Positions 38,627-49,916 of a stretch of 64,000 bases of DNA are shown here, in pieces (the first letter of the stretch is position 1; each line of letters begins with the position of its first letter). A model generated the notes under the pieces. That model had not been told where the DNA came from and did no database searches. It saw only the letters and a program-made list of their open reading frames with translations. The stretch spans positions 43,958,001 to 44,022,000 of the forward strand of contig NC_043014.1 in assembly GCF_006345805.1 (NCBI RefSeq), given 5' to 3'. The position numbers and the translations under genes were made by a program. This stretch comes from Octopus sinensis. Lineage: Eukaryota.

Positions 38627-41600
38627 ATCATCATCATCATTATTAAGGCAGTGAGCTGGCTGAATCATTAGCACACTGTACAAAATGCTTAGCAGTATTT
38701 TGTCTGCTACTATGTTCTGAGTTCAAATTCCACCAAGGTTGACTTTGCCTTTCATCCTTTCAAAGTCAATAAATTAAGTACCAGTTGAATACTGGGGTCA
38801 AGGTAATCGAGTTAGAGAAGGAGTGTGTATTATACACAAGGTTTAAGTTTTTTTAGAGGTACAGCCCCCTAAAAATCCCCTGCATATTATACTCAAGGGC
38901 GGACTATACTCGAAGATTTACAGTAATTATTAAAAATATTATGAGATTTTTTAAGCACAGAATGCTTACGAGGACCCATTTGATAAAATAGGAATTATTG
39001 GGGTCTATAGGTGTGGTAAAAAAATGGTAGAGAGTCACTGTGCTAGAAGTAGCAGCTCAGTCTCCTTCAAATTAAATTCCACTGTTTTCAAGACAATGGT
39101 CGAGACAATGGAATTTACCATGCTACGCCAGACTTCACGGTCCATCATAGCATTACGGAGGTCCTGTTGCTGGATGCCTGTATCCCTGGAGATTACATCA
39201 GGGTAGGAGAGTGTGCACCCTCTGGTATTGCGAGTAGATGGCTTCCAGAGGAGAAGAGTAGAAATTACTTCGTTTTCAGCTCTACAACAATGTCCAGCAA
39301 ACTGGACTCTCCTACCTTTCCCAAGAGATGACACAGGTGGTAGTTTCCCATATATTTGCATTTTGGTTGGATGACGCTTCCACGAGAGATTTTGAGCTCT
39401 CATAAGGGAAAGGCTAACCAGTGGCTCGTGAGCAAAATTGGTGGACAGAAACTGCATGGAAGCTCATTGTACATACACATGTCTCTGTTTGATAACTGGT
39501 GTTGGTTTGTTTACATCCCTGTAACTTAGTGGTTGAACAAAAGAGGAAAATAGAATAAGCAAAGTACCAGACTCAAAATATAAGTACTGGGGGTTGATTT
39601 TTTGACCAAAACTATTCAAGGTGGTGCTCCAGTGTGGCCACAGTCCGATGACTAAAACAAATAACTGATAAGACATTTACTCTTTTACTTGTTTCAGTCA
39701 TTTGACTGCGGCCATGCTGGAGCACCACCTTTAGTCGAGCAAATCGACCCCAGGACTTATTCTTTGTAAGCCCAGTACTTATTCTATCGGCCTCTTTTGC
39801 CAAACCGCTAAGTTATGGGGACGTAAACACACTACCATCGGTTGTCAAGCGATGTTGGGGGAACAAACACAGACACACAAACACACACATGCATATATAT
39901 ACGACAGGCTTCTTTCAGTTTCCGTCTACCAAATCCACTCACAAGGCTTTGGTCAGCCCGAGGCTATAGTAGAAGACACTCGCCCAAGGTGCCACGCAGT
40001 GGGACTGAACCCGGAACCATGTGGTTGGTAAGCAAGCTACTTACCACACAGCCTCTCAACTCTTTAAAACACTTCTGTTTTTTTAATTAATAGGCGCAGG
40101 AGTGGCTGTGTGGTAAGTAGCTTGCTAACCCACCACATGGTTCCGGGTTCAGTCCCACTGCGTGGCATCTTGGGCAAGTGTCTTCTGCTATAGCCCCGGG
40201 CCGACCAATGCCTTGTGAGTGGATTTGGTAGACGGAAACTGAAAGAAGCCTGTCGTATATATGTATATGTATATATATATATGTGTGTGTGTGTTTGTGT
40301 GTCTGTGTTTGTCTCCCTAGCATTGCTTGACAACCGATGCTGGTGTGTATACGTCCCCGCCACTTAGCAGTTCGGCAAAAAGAGACCGATAGAATAAGTA
40401 CTGGGCTTACAAAGAATAAGTCCCGGGGTCGATTTGCTCGACTAAAAGGCGGTGCTCCAGCATGGCCACAGTCAAATGACTGAAACAAGTAAAAGAAAGA
40501 AAAGAAATGTAAGTGCTTCATTATTTTTTTTTCTTTTTTCAGGTTAATCGAGATGACAAGACAAAAGGAGGCCTTCATTTTGCTACATACATGGCTACTG
40601 TAAGACGTTCTGGACAGTTCAACTCTCCAACATATGGCCCAATAGATTTCAACGAACAGCTGACTGAACCTCTTTTCCGTACTGTTAGTGTCAGTTGGGG
40701 CACTGTGTTTGGGTAAGACTACTTCTCTCACATACATTGCATTTCCTTCATCCCTGCTGTTGTCTCACTGGATTCGATTCTCTTCTCCTGCATCATGCCA
40801 CCTTGGGCAAGTGTTCTCTACTATAGCCTGGAGCTGACCAAAGAAAGCCTTGTGAGTGGATTTGAAAGACAAAAACTAAAAGAAGCCCATCGTATATATA
40901 TATGTATATGTATATATATACATATATATATATATGAATAAAAAAAATGGAGTTAACACGGTGTAATAAATATTTTTACTTTCAAAACATGTGTCGAAAG
41001 TAAAAATATTGATTACACCTGCGTTAACATTTTTATTCATATATTGAAAATATTCAACGTAAACACGAAGTTTCTACTTATAAACAAGGAGTTACAACAC
41101 CTTTACTTGTGAATTTTTGCTGCCCTGGATAACTATTATTATTTTTCCGTGTTAATTGTTAACAGGTAAAAATACACTCATCTATTTATATATATATATA
41201 TATTGATCACGTGAGCGACCAGTCCCTCAGATGTAGTTACACATCGCTGATCACAATGCGTTCGCATTGTTTTAGCCTTTGAATGATGCCACCCCGCTGG
41301 CTAAGCGAGCAGGCCAACAGAAGAAAGAGTGGTGAAAGAGTACAGCAGGGATCACCACCCCCTGCCGGAGCCTTGTAGAGCTTTTAAGGTGTTTTCACTC
41401 AATAAACACTCACAACGCCCAGTCTGGGAATCGAAACCGCGATCCTACGACCGTAACTTAGCGGTTCGGCAAAAGAAAATAAGTACTAGGCTTACAAAGA
41501 ATAAGTCCTGGGGTCAATAGGCTCGACTAAAAGGCGGTGCTCCAGCATGGCCACAGTCAAATGACTGAAACAAGTAAAGGAGTTAAAAGAGTATATTATA

Positions 41601-43428
41601 TACATATACATATGTTTCAGAATAATTAGTCATGAAATACTTTCGGTCTTGGCCTAAAGTGACCATCAAATAGATATGATTCACCAATTGGTATAACTCT
41701 GCCTTGGTATGAATGTACCAATTCTTCAATAGTTAAGGATTTTCACCACGTTAGTGTAGTTAGTCTCTGTTAAAACACTCTTCAGAATTTTATTTAGGAA
41801 CCTGTCATATATGTAAATGACAGTTAGAGTGTGGTGTTGGTGATTGAGCCACACACGTGAGAATTTATCTCCAGGCAAATTATGTTATTTCATTGAACTT
41901 GGTCAATGTAGCAGCTAATAGATCCAAATCCTATTTAATTGGTTGCTCCTAGGAAGAACATCCAGCTGTGAAGTGCTTGCTCTGACAAATTAATGCACAT
42001 TTAAATCTTTGTTAAAACCTTCTTAATCTACATCAGCGTGGAAACCAACCAACAAAACAACACCAGTGCAAGAACATAAAAATGGCGATATGAAGAAATA
42101 AGCAATACTGTATGTATTCTTGAGAAGGAATCTTGTGGTGTAACAGTTGCTTCTCTCTTAAGCCCCATCATCTTGTTATCTTGCTCGATATCATGGAAAG
42201 TCATTGGAAAGTTAAATTACATATCGTAACCAAGGTCAGACTGGAATTGCCATTGCAGTTCCTTTGTATTCATATATTGATCAATAATTGGTGTGAAAGT
42301 TTTAGGCGCAGGAGTGGCTGTGTGGTAAGTGGCTTGCTAACCAACCACATGGTTCCGGGTTCAGTCCCACTGCGTGGCATCTTGGGCAAGTGTCTTCTGC
42401 TATAGCCCCGGGCCAACCAATGCCTTGTGAGTGGATTTGGTAGAGGGAAACTGAAAGAAGCCTGTCGTATATATATGTGTATGTGTGTGTGTGTTTTCCC
42501 CCCTAGCATTGCTTGACAACCGATGCTGGTGTGTTTATGTCCCCGTCACTTAGCGGTTTGGCAAAAGAGACTGATAGAATAAGTACTGGGCTTACGAAGA
42601 ATAAGTCCCAGGGTCGATTTGCTCGACTAAAGGCGGTGCTCCAGCATGGCCGCAGTCAAATGACTGAAACAAGTGAAAGAGTAAAGTGTACAGTTAAAAT
42701 GAGAAGTGGGAGAGAGAAACCGTAAATGCTGGGTGCCTCATAGAAACAAGATACTTTGCCCTTTTCCCAGAAACAACTCCACCCCGTATCCCTATTTTAT
42801 GGATCTTTCACTACCACCTGGCAAGGAAGCAAGCACTATATGTCTTCTCCATACCTGTTCAATGTTATAATATTGTTAAACCGAGTCGGTAAAAGAGCCT
42901 GTATGTGGATGCTCAACCTGCTTGAAATAACAGCTAAATTTCTCTCCCATCGTCATTTTTATGTCTACTTTCCTATACTTGCATAAGGAAGACAGGATGT
43001 GTTTGCAGCAGATTTTCTGCAGCCAAATACTCTACTGTCACTAACCCTAATCTGTTTCCAAGTAAGATAATGATTTCCTCTTTCATCCGGACATGTTTTC
43101 ATAGGAGATTGCAAACAAACAGCACCACTTTTATGACAGGGATGTTTGTTTACAATTGTGCCATGTCAAGACAAAGAAAGGCAGCAAGACGGCAGAACTA
43201 TTAGCACGACAGGCAAAACGCTTAAATGGCAGTTCATCTATCTTTACATTCTGAGTTCAAATCCCACTGAAGTTGACTTTGACTTACATCCTTTTTGAGG
43301 GTCAGTAAGTACTAGTTGAACACTGGGGGTCGTTGTAATTGACTTAAACCCTCCCTAAAAACTGCTGGCCGTCCTTGTGCCAGAATTTGAAATCAGTGTC
43401 AAGACAAAGAAAGAGGAGCACGCATGCA

Positions 43429-43463
<35 letters not shown>

Positions 43464-44269
43464 CCCGCCGTGGGTTCGTATCCCACTTCTGGCTAGTACG
43501 TTTTTGACCTATTGAGTCAAGTACATCAACATCAAAAAATCAAATGGAAATTGTACATGTGATACCTGTGCCGGTGGCACGTAAAAAGCACCATCCGACC
43601 GTGGCCGATGCCAGTGCCGCCCTGACTGGCTTCCGTGCCTGTGGCATGTAAAAAGCACCAACAGATCATGGCCGTTGCCAGCCTCACCTGGCACGTAAAA
43701 AGCACCCACTACACTCACGGAGTGGTTGGCGTTAGGAAGGGCATCCAGCTGTAGAAACACTGCCAGATCAGACTGGAGCCTGGTGCAGCCTCCTGGCTTT
43801 CCAGATCCCCGGTCGAACTGTCCAACCCATGCTAGCATGGAAAACGGATGTTAAACGATGATGATGATGATGATTATATATATTATACATATATATGTAT
43901 ATATTACATACACAAAATAGGTTTCTTTTCAATTTTAACCTACACAATCCACTCAAGAGGCTTTGGTTGGCCTGGGGCTATACTTTAGTTAATATATCTG
44001 AAAGAATAAATATTTCTTGAAGAGAATTAAAACAGTAACAGCTATTGTTTCCAAATATTAAGTGGCTGTGTTTCTGCACAATGCATAATTACTTGAGTAT
44101 TTATTTCATTATTTTGTGAAATCACAAGAGATGAATCTTTTGTTTTTTTCTTTTTGTATCATTATTATTTATTTATTGGAAAACAATCAATTCTTTCAGG
44201 TTTCTTAAAGGTGCATGGCAATTTCTTCATTATTATCATTTTTATTGTAAAAATTGTAAAAATATAATT

Positions 44270-44312
<43 letters not shown>

Positions 44313-44387
44313 TATAAATAAATATATATATATATATATATACACACATAAATAAATATATATACATACATATAAATATATACATAC

Positions 44388-44439
<52 letters not shown>

Positions 44440-47400
44440 ATGTACATATATACACATAGACATAAACAAACACACACACACACACACACACATCATCATC
44501 ATCATTTAATGTTTGTTAAATGATGATCATGTTTGTGTGTGTGTATAATATACATATACTGTCTTACAAAAGAGGAAGGATACATTAAATGAAGCAGTAT
44601 TAAATGCTTTTTATAAATGAGTCGGATTGCTTTTGATCATAGTTCTCTGTTCAAACAGGTTTGGCCTAGGGTTAAACGACAAATTGCATTGTTTGTAAAG
44701 GAAATTTCCGTATTGATTTTCAAGACATTTTTTCGATAATTCTTAGAAAACAACTTTTTAATTATACATTCTAACATAGATGTGTGGTTAAGAAGTTTTG
44801 CTTTTGGGTTCAGTTCCATTAGTTAACACTTTGAGTTTGGGCAAATGTCTTAGAATATAGCGTCAGGTGAACCACAGCCTTGTAAGTCAATTTGGTAGAA
44901 GGAAACTGAAAGAATCCTGTTGTGTATATATGTGTGTGTTTGTGTCTTCTTTCCTTGATATCTCGTGATGGTTGTAAATGAGTTTCATCATCATACAAGA
45001 GGTCGTCTTCTTTTCTAATCTTCTGTGAAAACCTGCCCTCCAGCTATGGGGCAAATATTACCTTGCTTGGTAAACAGGTAAGAAATATTGGTTTCCCATG
45101 GAGGACTGGAAGGGAACAACCCCACTTGCATGACAGTGATGCTCATTTACAATCATCACATGATGTCAAGACAAGAATACACACTCACACACATAATATA
45201 CGATGAGCTTCTTCTAGTTTCTGATCACCAAATCTACTCCCAAGTCTTTGGTTGGCCCAAGGCTTTGGAAGAAAACGTTTACCCAGGTACTATGCAGTGC
45301 AGCTGAAGCCGAAACCACCGTTAACCACACAGCCATACCTGCACCATATATTTATATATTTTTGTTATTTATTCTTCAGGTTCCATTTATGGAAAGTGTT
45401 AGATAAGTGTCACCATTCCATCTTGTTACGTGTCCAACAATTCATGGCTGTACTCTCTCAAAAGCTACAAGCTCTTGAGGTTGCCACAGATCGAGTACAG
45501 AGAGTAAATGCCCAATTGATGGCAAGCCTTCATACAAAGGTAAACCACATCATAACATTTTATTTTATATTCTTTTTATATTCATATGTATTTATATTCA
45601 TTTGTATTCTTTACTTGGGTTCCTTCAAAAGCTCTTACAATATCAATTTTTTTAATTGTATGTTTATTATAACTGTACTGTAATTTTGTCGTTATATTGT
45701 ACTTACCTTGGATCTATATTATATCAATATTGTATCTATGTTATATGCATATTTGTTCTTATGTAGTGTCTATACTGTAATTCTGCTTTCATTAAATTAT
45801 GCCTGTATTGTATTTATATTGCATCTATATTATATATACTCTTATATATATATATGACCCGGCGCCGGGTCATAGTGCTAGTGCATGCATATACAGCTGC
45901 GTGCGTGCGCACATACACGCGAGTACTGTCCAAATCTCCGACCAATCACATACAGCTAGCTGGCATTCAATTGGCGTATCAAGTTTCGAGCATTTTGATT
46001 GGGTTTTGGATAGAAAAGTCACTTCTATTGATTTTTTTTTATGGCTTTGCGGGGTGACTGGGGAAATGTAAATATGTGCACAACCACCCTTGGATGGTTT
46101 TGAATGACCATAGAAAGTGCAAGCCCTCTAACTGAATATAATAAAGGACACGCACACAGACATTTTGGCGTTTACATATATAGAGATGTTGTATCAATAT
46201 CGTTTGTATTATTTGTATAATGTGTCTGTGTTTATTGTACCAGTTTCTTGGTAGATTGTTTTTGTATTGTAACAGATTTGTATGTTATATCTATAATGTA
46301 TCTATGTTGTATCTGTATTGTATCTGTGTTGTTACTAGACTCTGTTTATATATTTGCCTATATTGTATGTTATATTTATATTGTATCTATTTCATTTATG
46401 TTATATCTTTATTGTATATCTATATTGTAACCATATTGTTCTTATATTGTATATATTTTATTTCTATATTGGTTGATTGAAACATCTCTTATTCATAATG
46501 TCTTCACAAACCGATAAGACAGCGGTTACATAGTTGCTCAACTAGTTAGAAATAGCAGTCAAATTTCTCTCAAATCACACTTCTCCCATCTTAAAGCAAG
46601 AACACATTAGATAACGTAGTCCTACATACCCACAAGAAGACAAACCCACATGACGGCAAAGCCAGCTTCTTAACTGCACACCATACCTGCACCTTTACAA
46701 TTTCTGCCCAGATTCATTCTCAAGACTTGGATCAGTCCAAAAACTACAATAAATGCACTCACCCAAGATGCCACCCACTCAATGGAAAAGTGAACCTGGG
46801 AGCTTGTAGTTACAAAGAAAATTCCTTGACCACTCAGCTATCCCTACGTGCATAGCAGACAATATTTGTTATGGGTATTTTTCGGATGTTAGGATCAAAT
46901 TGTTTCCTTCTTTAGACAAATTAACAGTGTAATTTGTTTTATAGTTATTAGTTTTAATATTGTAGCCTCTTTTCCTGTAGGAGAGAAAGGCATAAAAAAT
47001 TAATGAAAATTTGAAGAGAGAATTTGTCATCCAATTAAAAGGAGATGTTTTGGGTCTTCTTTTCTAATCAGTTTCATCCTTTACATTTTTTTAATAAAAT
47101 TATTTGTTATTCCAATTAAAGAGAAATTTATACCATATTCCACGTTCCATGAACATTAATTTGTTTTAACAAGATCATCAATTACACCAAATTCTTTGCA
47201 TCAGTTTTATCAAAAAGGAAAATAATTTTTTACATAACTGTCTATCTATTATACTTACTCTTTACTCTTTTTACTCTTTTACTTGTTTTAGTCATTTGAC
47301 TGTGGCCATGCTGGAGCACCGCCTTTAGTCGAGCAAAGAACTTATTCTTTGTAAGCCCAGTACTTATTCTATCGGTCTCTTTTGCCGAACCGCTAAGTGA

Positions 47401-48544
47401 TGGGGACGTAAACACACCAGCATCGGTTGTCAAGCAATGCTAGGGGGACAAACACAGACACACAAACACACACATACATATACATATGTATACATATATA
47501 CGACAGGCTTCTTTCAGATTCCGTCTACCAAATCCACTCACAAGGCATTGGTCGGCCCGGGGCTATAGCAGAAGACACTTGCCCAAGATGCCACACAGTA
47601 GGACTGAACACGGAACCATGTGGTGGGTTAGCAAGCTACTTACCACACAGCCACTCCTGCGCCTTAATGAAGTTTACATCACAAAAGGCAAATTAACTGC
47701 AGTATTTGCCTGGGGATAATATCCCTTATGAATGTGCTCTGTGTATAAACGCAAAGCTATATCAACCAGCTTGAAATAGAAGCTAAATCTTCAAACAGGA
47801 GTGACTCACTGAATAACGTAGTTCTTGATAGACTATATCTGAATAGAAGACAGGATGGTCTCAGACTATGATCCAGGTCCTGTTCAGTCAGGACTGATGT
47901 GGGGTTAAACAACAGTAACCTGTTTTTAATTCATTGAGCCTTGACCCAGCTTGGACCCCACTTTTAAGAGTTGTAGTTGTTTGTATTATTATCATTATAA
48001 GTGTAAAAAGCACTGATGCTGGTGTCGCATGAAAAAGTGCTGGTACCACATAAGAAGCACCCAGTACACTCTCTAAAGTGGTTAGCATTAGGAAGACTGT
48101 TCAGCTGTAGAAACCATACCAAAACAGACTATGGAACCTGATATGGGCCCTGGCCGTACCAGCTCCTGTCAAGCCATCCAACCCTTGCCAGCATGGAGGG
48201 CAGAGTTTAAGTGATGATGATGAAGTGTTCAAATTAATTACATCTGCATCTTCTTTGTGAGACCCAGGTTTCCCTGGTTTACCCTAGAAAATTTTTATGA
48301 TAAAGATTAGCTAATGATTACAAGTATTTATTATAGGGAACCTAGAAGGCAGTAGGGGGCATATATTTTTGTATTAAAGCTAAACCCCAAATAAACATGT
48401 GGATACTAACTAACAGTGAATAGAAAGTCAGTGATATTAATTTGGCATCTTATTTTACAGTTCAGGGAAATGGTATCACAACTGAAAGATCTTGTTACTG
48501 AGAAACAAAGAGAGATATCTCGTGCAGTGGCGCCATACATCCAG
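384..48544 (+). CDS. NUGGC: Multi-exon gene (17 exons visible, ~2,284 codons, 5' and 3' incomplete): NUGGC/SLIP-GC-like dynamin-superfamily nuclear GTPase with a very long disordered N-terminal extension
   Basis: Manually spliced exons 384-497, 3446-5744, 12744-14742, 16675-16758, 17023-17248, 20096-20317, 22283-22477, 24110-24291, 26181-26394, 27656-27772, 29773-29892, 31084-31389, 37106-37264, 37476-37676, 40543-40712, 45380-45539, 48461-48544. All have AG/GT boundaries and matching phases with no stops. Motifs [96 protein letters not shown] and DFNEQL resemble the NUGGC family (recalled, not searched). Confidence 0.85.
614..1122. mobile_element. Tandem pair of piggyBac-like MITEs (~220-250 bp each: 614-~860 and 903-1122)
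   Basis: TTAA|CCCTTT...AAAGGG|TTAA termini (second copy: TTAA at 899-902 and 1123-1126); shared internal sequence. Confidence 0.7.
1460..2185 (-). mobile_element. Cluster of family B SINE copies (ggcggcgagctggcagaa...gtcgactttgcctttcatcctttcggggtcgataaa)
   Basis: Three to four partial head-to-tail copies; the same family occurs at 15710-15945, 23636-23830, 29105-29337, 31614-32030, 38645-38810, 54900-55030 and 57508-58032. Confidence 0.75.
2775..3170. repeat. Dispersed repeat (unclassified), second copy at ~38110-38520
   Basis: Shared ctggggta..tatacgaagccc..tatacccat..gataagggtacaccag..gaattcctctcaacacat..gagatgcacatat blocks. Confidence 0.7.
3446..5744 (+). CDS. Giant coding exon (~766 codons), Ser/Thr/Pro/Asn-rich low-complexity region
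   Basis: 807-aa ORF in an otherwise ORF-poor background; TTGCAG| acceptor, AG|GTAGGT donor giving phase 1, matching exon 12744. Confidence 0.85.
5790..7140. repeat. Tandem minisatellite, ~105-130 bp unit, about 11 copies
   Basis: Recurring ctcaaattttctgttctgacaatatgggttggacaagtttacaaattcttacat...gaagtatctccaaataaggtcttcagg with a variable T-rich linker. Confidence 0.9.
7690..8100. repeat. (TA)n/(CA)n compound microsatellite
   Basis: Visible dinucleotide runs; similar tracts at 44270-44490, 49430-50100, 54620-54900, 58320-58480 and 62930-63560. Confidence 0.95.
8784..9350 (-). mobile_element. Internally deleted mariner (Tc1/mariner, mellifera-subfamily-like)
   Basis: 30-bp TIRs ttgggttgtccggaaagtt(c/t)gtgccgattt with 1 mismatch; TA TSD at 8782-8783 and 9351-9352; transposase N-terminus [14 protein letters not shown] joined to C-terminus [27 protein letters not shown]...[13 protein letters not shown]. 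Confidence 0.92.
9422..9866 (+). mobile_element. tRNA-derived SINE family A, near full length
   Basis: ggcgcaggagtggctgtgtggtaag A-box-like head, ggttccgggttcagtccc B-box-like motif, cttgggcaagtgtctt core, central TA/TG tract, tail ...atgactgaaacaagtaaaaga. Other copies: 19013-19425(+), 30115-30785(-), 35612-36015(-), 39678-40053(-), 40093-40500(+), 42305-42686(+), 47256-47663(-), 58159-58698(+), 60808-61515(+). Confidence 0.85.
10185..10680 (-). mobile_element. Two tandem copies of a tRNA-derived SINE (family D-related)
   Basis: Duplicated ~245-bp unit; minus-strand head gtggcttagtggttagggtgtcagcatcatgatcgtaagattgcggtttcgatccctggacc. Confidence 0.75.
12220..12521 (-). mobile_element. Non-autonomous Helitron-like element
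   Basis: Minus strand begins TC(TATATAAAG) and ends with a subterminal hairpin-like segment ...gagcaacgctgggcgatactgCTAG; same family at 36269-36666 and 52110-52395. Confidence 0.7.
12744..14742 (+). CDS. Giant coding exon (~666 codons), acidic Asp/Glu and Ser-rich region with basic NLS-like clusters
   Basis: 678-aa ORF; TTTTCTTTAG| acceptor (phase 1), AA|GTATGT donor (phase 2) matching exon 16675. Confidence 0.85.
15220..15352 (+). mobile_element. Helitron-like 5' end fragment
   Basis: TCTATTATATAAAA followed by a ctgtctatctgtgtgtgtgtc microsatellite, like the Helitron 5' end at 52685. Confidence 0.45.
15353..15690. mobile_element. RTE-clade LINE 3' fragment with apparent 5' inversion
   Basis: Minus 15628-15353 encodes [12 protein letters not shown]...[13 protein letters not shown]...[14 protein letters not shown]; plus 15632-15664 encodes [10 protein letters not shown] followed by an A-rich short-repeat tail. 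Confidence 0.75.
16675..16758 (+). CDS. NUGGC: Exon ([27 protein letters not shown]), helix preceding the G domain
   Basis: TTTCAG| acceptor, CT|GTGAGT donor, phase 2/2. Confidence 0.75.
17023..17248 (+). CDS. NUGGC: Exon encoding P-loop G1 (GDTGAGKS) and G2 ([10 protein letters not shown])
   Basis: [20 protein letters not shown]...[16 protein letters not shown]; TAG| acceptor, GAG|GTAAGT donor. Confidence 0.92.
17610..18000. repeat. Compound trinucleotide microsatellite (AAT/AGT/GAT/ACC/AAC)
   Basis: Visible triplet runs; source of the spurious poly-I/poly-Y/poly-L ORFs. Confidence 0.95.
18508..18800 (+). mobile_element. tRNA-derived SINE family D
   Basis: ggaggcgcaatggcctagtggttagggcagcggactcgcggtcgtagaatcgcggtttcgattccc tRNA-like head followed by a non-tRNA body. 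Other copies: 25790-25920(-), 30363-30650(+), 33320-33620(-), 33965-34235(-), 41205-41452(-), 51770-52100(+). Confidence 0.8.
20096..20317 (+). CDS. NUGGC: GTPase domain exon ([13 protein letters not shown]...KIKAVYG...)
   Basis: TTTAG| acceptor, AAG|GTTAGA donor, 222 nt, phase 0/0; continues FLSLE-EW.DEL. Confidence 0.88.
20555..21040 (-). mobile_element. Retroposon family C (SINE or non-autonomous LINE with (GAT)n tail)
   Basis: Conserved aggaagggcatccagctgtagaaac...ccaacccatgctagcatggaaagcggacgttaaacgatgatgatg 3' end and internal gcacgtaaaaagcacc repeats. Copies at 22605-22970, 24550-24900, 25097-25420, 28380-28790, 33745-33930, 34556-34740, 37750-38100, 43505-43870, 51100-51695, 53605-53800, 59490-59775. 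Confidence 0.8.
22283..22477 (+). CDS. NUGGC: Exon encoding G3 ([14 protein letters not shown])
   Basis: [11 protein letters not shown]...[18 protein letters not shown]; GCAG| acceptor, GAA|GTAAGT donor. Confidence 0.92.
24110..24291 (+). CDS. NUGGC: Exon encoding G4 (FICTKSD)
   Basis: [20 protein letters not shown]...[19 protein letters not shown]; GCAG| acceptor, AG|GTAAGT donor, phase 0/2. Confidence 0.92.
26181..26394 (+). CDS. NUGGC: Coiled-coil exon ([24 protein letters not shown]...)
   Basis: AATAG| acceptor (phase 2), GAG|GTATGT donor; heptad-like E/K/L pattern. Confidence 0.85.
26821..27279. mobile_element. Tandem pair of piggyBac-like MITEs (26821-27038, 27059-27279)
   Basis: Each is bounded by TTAA|CCCTTT...AAAGGG|TTAA; same family as 614-1122. 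Confidence 0.8.
27656..27772 (+). CDS. NUGGC: Coiled-coil exon ([39 protein letters not shown])
   Basis: TCTAG| acceptor, AAA|GTAATT donor, 117 nt, phase 0/0. Confidence 0.8.
29773..29892 (+). CDS. NUGGC: Exon ([40 protein letters not shown])
   Basis: CCAG| acceptor, AAG|GTAAGT donor; C..ARNEYSK..I..DF..GLK motif typical of NUGGC-like proteins. Confidence 0.88.
31084..31389 (+). CDS. NUGGC: Exon with acidic stretch, ~24-residue poly-Asn tract and G5-region LNVFCVSS
   Basis: Poly-T + TAG| acceptor, CAG|GTAAGT donor, 306 nt, phase 0/0. Confidence 0.88.
36269..36666 (-). mobile_element. Non-autonomous Helitron, apparently complete
   Basis: Minus strand A|TC...subterminal hairpin-like segment...CTAG|T, no TSD. 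Confidence 0.75.
37106..37264 (+). CDS. NUGGC: Exon ([18 protein letters not shown]...)
   Basis: AAG| acceptor after a pyrimidine tract, CAG|GTAAAC donor; IPEL motif closes the G domain. Confidence 0.82.
37476..37676 (+). CDS. NUGGC: Helical stalk exon ([14 protein letters not shown]...TAAKWCSP)
   Basis: TGCAG| acceptor, CCG|GTAAGT donor, phase 0/0. Confidence 0.85.
39090..39405 (-). mobile_element. RTE/RTE-X-like LINE 3' fragment (C-terminus of the RT-containing ORF)
   Basis: [26 protein letters not shown]...[11 protein letters not shown]...LLLWKP...[10 protein letters not shown]...AMMDREVWR. Confidence 0.8.
40543..40712 (+). CDS. NUGGC: Exon ([43 protein letters not shown]...W..VF)
   Basis: TTCAG| acceptor, GG|GTAAGA donor, phase 0/2; GGLH..TY.A..RR.G and DFNE.L..P motif of the NUGGC-like stalk. 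Confidence 0.9.
45380..45539 (+). CDS. NUGGC: Helical stalk exon ([21 protein letters not shown]...)
   Basis: TTCAG| acceptor (phase 2), AAG|GTAAAC donor. Confidence 0.82.
45855..46186. mobile_element. Helitron-derived fragment
   Basis: Palindrome atgacccggcgccgggtcat + agtgCTAG|T at the left; minus-strand TCTCTATATATG...tgtctgtgtg 5'-type end at the right. Confidence 0.5.
48461..48544 (+). CDS. NUGGC: Last visible exon ([28 protein letters not shown])
   Basis: TTACAG| acceptor, CAG|GTAAGT donor; KQREISR...IQ motif; no stop, so the gene continues. Confidence 0.85.
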
Positions 48545-49461
48545 GTAAGTCCTGCTACTTCTGACATCTTCAGCCTTTACTCCTTCTTTACTACATAAAC
48601 TATATCATATAAATTATAATAATATCTTGTGTAAGTACAGAACTATCCTTCATTTCTCCTTCTCCTAGTTTCCCTCCTTCATCAAGTCCCAGCAGTGGCC
48701 TAGGCTAAAAATTTCTCGAGTACACAGTATTAAGGACTTATCTCTGATTCAATCTGTTTCGTTTATTTACTGCATGCTCCCGTGACTTGACTCTCTTTAG
48801 CTTAAAGAGGCTGGATTATTTTTTACCACTTTTCCAGACCAGCTTCTGTGCACACAACCCTATAGAAATTCATCACTAATGTGTGTATGTGAACGTTCAG
48901 AGAATGGTTTATGGATGAATAAATATAAAACGTTCCCATTATTTGATATTAGATGCTTGAATTTCTCTTTGGTATCATTTGTTTTCCTTTCCTGGTGGTC
49001 TTTTTTTTTGGTTTTTTTTTAGCATTTCTTATATGAAAATAATATTGTAAATATTGTCTTAACCATCAACAGTTTTGGCATTACTTAAGGTTCTACATCG
49101 ATTTTACATATTACCCTGTGAAGATGTGAAAACTTTTGTACTGTGTTATAAAAACTAATGATGATGAGGATTATAGTAATAATAATTCTGTGCAAACAAC
49201 ACAGTAGTTGTGTTTTTGCAAGAATAAGGTTAACTTACATTTTAGCTCTCATTCCGTCTAATGTCTAATAGGTCTGACCTCACATTTGTTCTAATGGGAT
49301 TGTTATCTCCTTTGGAGTCGTTCGTTGTAACAGATCTCTTCTCATTGGATTTTTATTGACCATTCATTTCGTTTCATGTGTCCGGTCCGAATTCTCATCA
49401 ACTTTTTATGGAATAAAGTCATGCAAATTACATTCCTACATACATACATACATACATATAT

Positions 49462-49503
<42 letters not shown>

Positions 49504-49883
49504 ATATATATACATACAGGCACACACATTTACAATTATATATATACATATATAAATATATCTGTATACACATATATATGTTTATACACGTACATATATG
49601 TTTGTGTGTGTGTATGTATATGTATGCATGCACGCAAACATACATACATAAATAAATATATATGTATACACATATACATATATATGTATATACACATACA
49701 TATATGTGTGTGTGTGTATGTATATATGTATGCATGCACGCAAACATACATACATTATATATTTACACACACATATATATGCATACATTATATATATATA
49801 TATGATATATATAGATAGATAAATAGATATACATACATACATGCATGCATTATATATATATATATATATACATACATTATATA

Positions 49884-49916
<33 letters not shown>

